From: a virus
Reading direction: 5' to 3' (one strand)
Virus record (IMG/VR): IMGVR_UViG_3300027782_000038
DNA length: 64,000 nt
Below are positions 60,353-64,000 of the stretch, one piece after another. Within the stretch, counting starts at the first letter, position 1. Each line of letters begins with the position of its first letter. Position numbers and translations under genes: made by a program. The notes below the pieces were generated by a model. That model ran no database searches and was not told where the DNA came from. It was given only the letters and a program-made list of their open reading frames with translations.

Positions 60353-60613
60353 ATGATTAATGTATTAAAAAATAATGTAGCAGTTGAGTTGATTGAAAAA
60401 GAGAAGGTAACGGCTTCTGGTCTCATTCTTTCGGCCGCCGATCCAACTGAAGCCAACAAAGGTATCGTAATTGCTGTTGGACCTGATGTTACTTCCGTTC
60501 AGGTAGGTGATATTGTTTTGCCCAATTGGAATGGAAATACTGGTAAATTCACACATGAAGATCAAGACCTTTGGATTATTCCAGAGAAACAGATCGTTGG
60601 TATATTCGATTAG
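60353..60613 (+). CDS. groES: Co-chaperonin GroES-like
   Basis: TASGLIL, G.VIAVGP, V.VGD.V. Confidence 0.88.
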   Translation: MINVLKNNVAVELIEKEKVTASGLILSAADPTEANKGIVIAVGPDVTSVQVGDIVLPNWNGNTGKFTHEDQDLWIIPEKQIVGIFD

Positions 60614-60620
60614 AGGTTAT

Positions 60621-63600
60621 TATGGACGTAACGGTAGAAGAAAAATTCTTACATTGTATTAATTTGGTTTCTAAATTAAGTAGATCAATCAACAACAATA
60701 CAAGAGTATCCTTTCAGTTGAAATTGCTAGTTGATGAACTTGTTAAACTTAGTATAGAATATGACGAAGGTCCTAAACTTGCTGATCCCACAAAACCACT
60801 TCATGGTTTATATGATGACCACAAGATGGATTATGGTGTCCCTTTACCTGAGAAGGATATTTCATGGCTGACACAGACGAAGTAAACGAAATAAAAAAAC
60901 CAGTAAAACAGAAGGTTGAGTATGACGGTTATTACCGTATTGATTCAACCACTCGTGATGGTAAAGTTGTGCACATATATTGTCGTGGCCATCAATTGAA
61001 ATCATGGTTAAATTTTGAGAATTCAATGAGCTCCATCATATTGTCGGAGTATCACCAGGTGACAGAAATGGAATATATGGATCATCATTGGACGGCTTAT
61101 GCTTATCCTATTGATGAAGAAACTGTAACTGTTCATATTAAACAACCAGTAGAGAAACCTTTGGTCGTACAGAAACAGAAAGTTCCAAAGAATAATATCA
61201 AGACAAAGAAAAAAGTATCTAAGACTGATCGTAATATCGGTGATCTTTCCGAATTTATGAAAAAATAAACAAAAGTATTTTAAATGTTAACAAAATATAA
61301 AAGAACTTCTAAAAAGACAGGTAACTTCAGTAGAAGAACAAGGACAATTAACGCTAATGGTCGTGTAACTGAATCTTTTTCGTATAAGACACCTGGTAAA
61401 AATGGAGTAAGAAGAACTGTATCAACAAATAATAAGAGTGGTGCTGTTAAAACTACAATAACATCATTCAGTAGTAATGGATGGACTCAAGTAAGAACGA
61501 ATACAACGAATACACAAAGTAAAAAGTCTAATGGAAATTCTGTAAAATTTTTGTCTCCATCGGAAACTGGAGCACTTGCAATTTTATTACTAGTTGTAAT
61601 TATTATTTGTTTTATTGTTTATTATTTTTATTGGATAATAGTAGCTTCTGTATGGGCATTAGTATTTTATACAGTATGCAAAGTGTTCGATAAACATCAA
61701 AAAAGACTTGATGATGAGCATAACAGCAGAATTTTTTACGAACCTTATATTAACAAAGATGATTGAAATGAAACAACTAGAAATACAATTTTTCTGGCCA
61801 CTAACAGAACAGATTCCCATGGATCTAGACTTTACCGAATCTGATCGGTATGCCGAAGAACTCAGAGAAGAAAAGTTGAAGAAACAAGCAAGAGAGAGTG
61901 TTGTCTGTAATATTGGTCCCACCACCACGACATGGGGAATGCCAACGATGCCTTCATTGGTTATCAATGGTAAAGATACAATTAGTTACCTGAATGTGGG
62001 TAATACTAAACTTGGTTTGAACAGTATTCCAAAGTGGTATCAGAAATTATTATATAAATTATTGGGTTTTTCATGGAGTAAGAAATAAAATGGGAATGTT
62101 TGACCAGTTATATTACAAAGACGTAGAGTATCAGACCAAAGATACTCCAGATCAAGCCTTATCGAATTACAAGATTGAAGCGGATCAGGATTCTGGTCAT
62201 GAGTATCTGTGGTTGGAACATTGTGATACTGAATGGATCAAAGATGAAGGTCATATCTTTGGTGCTTACTTACAAGAATCTAATCATCATTGGGTACGGT
62301 GTGATGACTTTGATGGTAATATTGTATTCTATCGTAATACAGATAGGACGTATAAGAAATGGAATCAATACTCTGCTCTCTTTATGAACGGTAGAATGAT
62401 TAAACTTACTAAGTGGGAAGGTGCTGATTATGAATGAACGAATTAGAGAACTTGCTGAACAGGCTGGTATCACAACCAATTTGAATACTGATTACTTTGA
62501 ACGAGATATCAACAAATGGATTGACTATTATTCGGAAAAGTTCGCCGAGTTAATTATTAAACAATGCTGTGATGCTGCCGATGACTGGTATGAAAATCAA
62601 TATATGATTCATTGTGATCCTGCTCAACATATTAGAGATAATTTCGGAGTTGAAGAATGATTAAACTATCAATTAAAGATTTGAAAAAGATCAAAGATAT
62701 TGTTAATGAACTTGGTATAGAGGAGTTTACTCTTAAACAAGAAAGTGTAAGTGGTATTGGATCAATATTGATCTTGGAGTGTGGAACATTTGTTGCAGAT
62801 TATCCTGCCACAATTGTGGTTGAAGTTAACGGTGTGGAGGCTTGGTGATGAACGAACAATTACAGGAATTTTATAGACAAGCAATACAATCCACTAATAC
62901 GGATGAATGCCTTGATATGCCAAATAAACAGGTACAAAGGTTGATTCTAACAAAGTATGCTGAATTGATTGGGAAAGAATATCTTGACTGTATTGATATT
63001 ATGGAAAAGATTGCTAATAGTTCTAACGCCAGTATTCCTGAAAACTATGACAAATACACCTATCTTAAAACATTAGATGATCTGAAAGGTTTATTGAAAG
63101 TACACTTTGGAGTTGAAGGATGAACCAAGAAGAATTGAAGAAAGACTACTCACTCCCATGTGTGGTATATTATATTATTGCTAATAAAAATTTCAGACAA
63201 GTATACACTATTGATGACATTGAGAAACCATCAGAAGAACTTTTTGATTGGCATGTGTGTGATTTGATGACTTTGGGTAGATCAATCCCAGAATATGAAG
63301 ATTGGGCTAGAGGATATATGGAAATGGCTTTGGAGAATAAGCAAAAAAATGCTGGATATTTACTTACATTAGAAAAGTTTTCGATAACATCATTTGACGA
63401 TATTGAGACATTTTTTGATGAAAATTGTGATAATCTAGCATTTCAGTATTTTGCTGATGATAGGCTTAATAACTATTTTGAGATTATAAAATGAATCAAG
63501 ATAGGGGCGAAGAATGACCCGTAGAGCAATTAAACTGCAAGGTACTGATACCGTACTAGAGTTATCCAAGTTTGCCACGCCAAAGACCGACAAAGAGTTT

Positions 63601-63926
63601 ATTCATTTAGACAAACTGCCTGACGGAACATGGAGATTACTGTATAATGTAGTTGGTACTGATATTAAGAATGTTTCTGCATTAACCATTGTGAGAGAAG
63701 AATGACCTTTATGTCCTTTGAAGAATACAAAGCGATTTTTCCTCCATCCGAAGAAATGGTAGAAGGAATAACCTATGAAGTCCTGAGAAACAAATACTAT
63801 GATGGGCACGAATTGACTACTGACCAGATTAAAGGTCGGATTGCTTGTGATATAGAAGTAATTCTCAGATATGACTACGAAGTACTAAAGAAAGTAGTCG
63901 AGGGAAAAAACACTGGAAGTCTCTGA
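60621..63926 (+). CDS. Run of about 11 small hypothetical ORFs, including a membrane protein at 61284-61766
   Basis: Tightly coupled ORFs, no recognisable motifs. Confidence 0.5.
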
Positions 63927-63998
63927 GGACCTCCTGGAAATCCTCCGGGAAATCCTCCGGGAAAAAATCTGGAGACCTCTGGGACCTCCTGAAAAAAA
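63915..63998. repeat. GC-rich short direct repeats
   Basis: CCTCC(T/G)GGAAA three times; GGACCTCCTG twice. Confidence 0.6.
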
Positions 63999-64000
63999 TT

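Noticed and set aside
810-62479. Many short antisense or alternate-frame ORFs inside core genes
   Set aside because: Fully nested in well-supported genes; expected by-products of codon bias.

Overview
64 kb of an AT-rich, T4-like (Tevenvirinae/cyanomyovirus-like) phage genome, nearly all on the + strand. It holds the replication/recombination core (uvsW, gp55, gp47/46, gp45/44/62, regA, gp43, uvsX, gp41, gp61, thyX, nrdAB, rnh), 25 canonical tRNA genes plus several tRNA-like RNAs, seven free-standing endonuclease genes, a glycosyl/methyltransferase cluster, probable capsid-targeted internal proteins and a spanin/GH19 lysis cassette (Gram-negative host). The top observation is a candidate ribosome-dependent attenuator at 16593-16821: a sigma70 promoter, a 32-codon leader peptide containing all 20 amino acids, and mutually exclusive antiterminator/terminator hairpins, sitting in front of a tRNA array that also covers all 20 amino acids. 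Also notable are a DNA polymerase split in three by two endonucleases with helical tags at each break, a prfB-like +1 frameshift site in polymerase motif B, and an 18-bp palindrome exactly 16 nt upstream of five promoters. All calls come from reading the sequence; no searches or folding programs were run.
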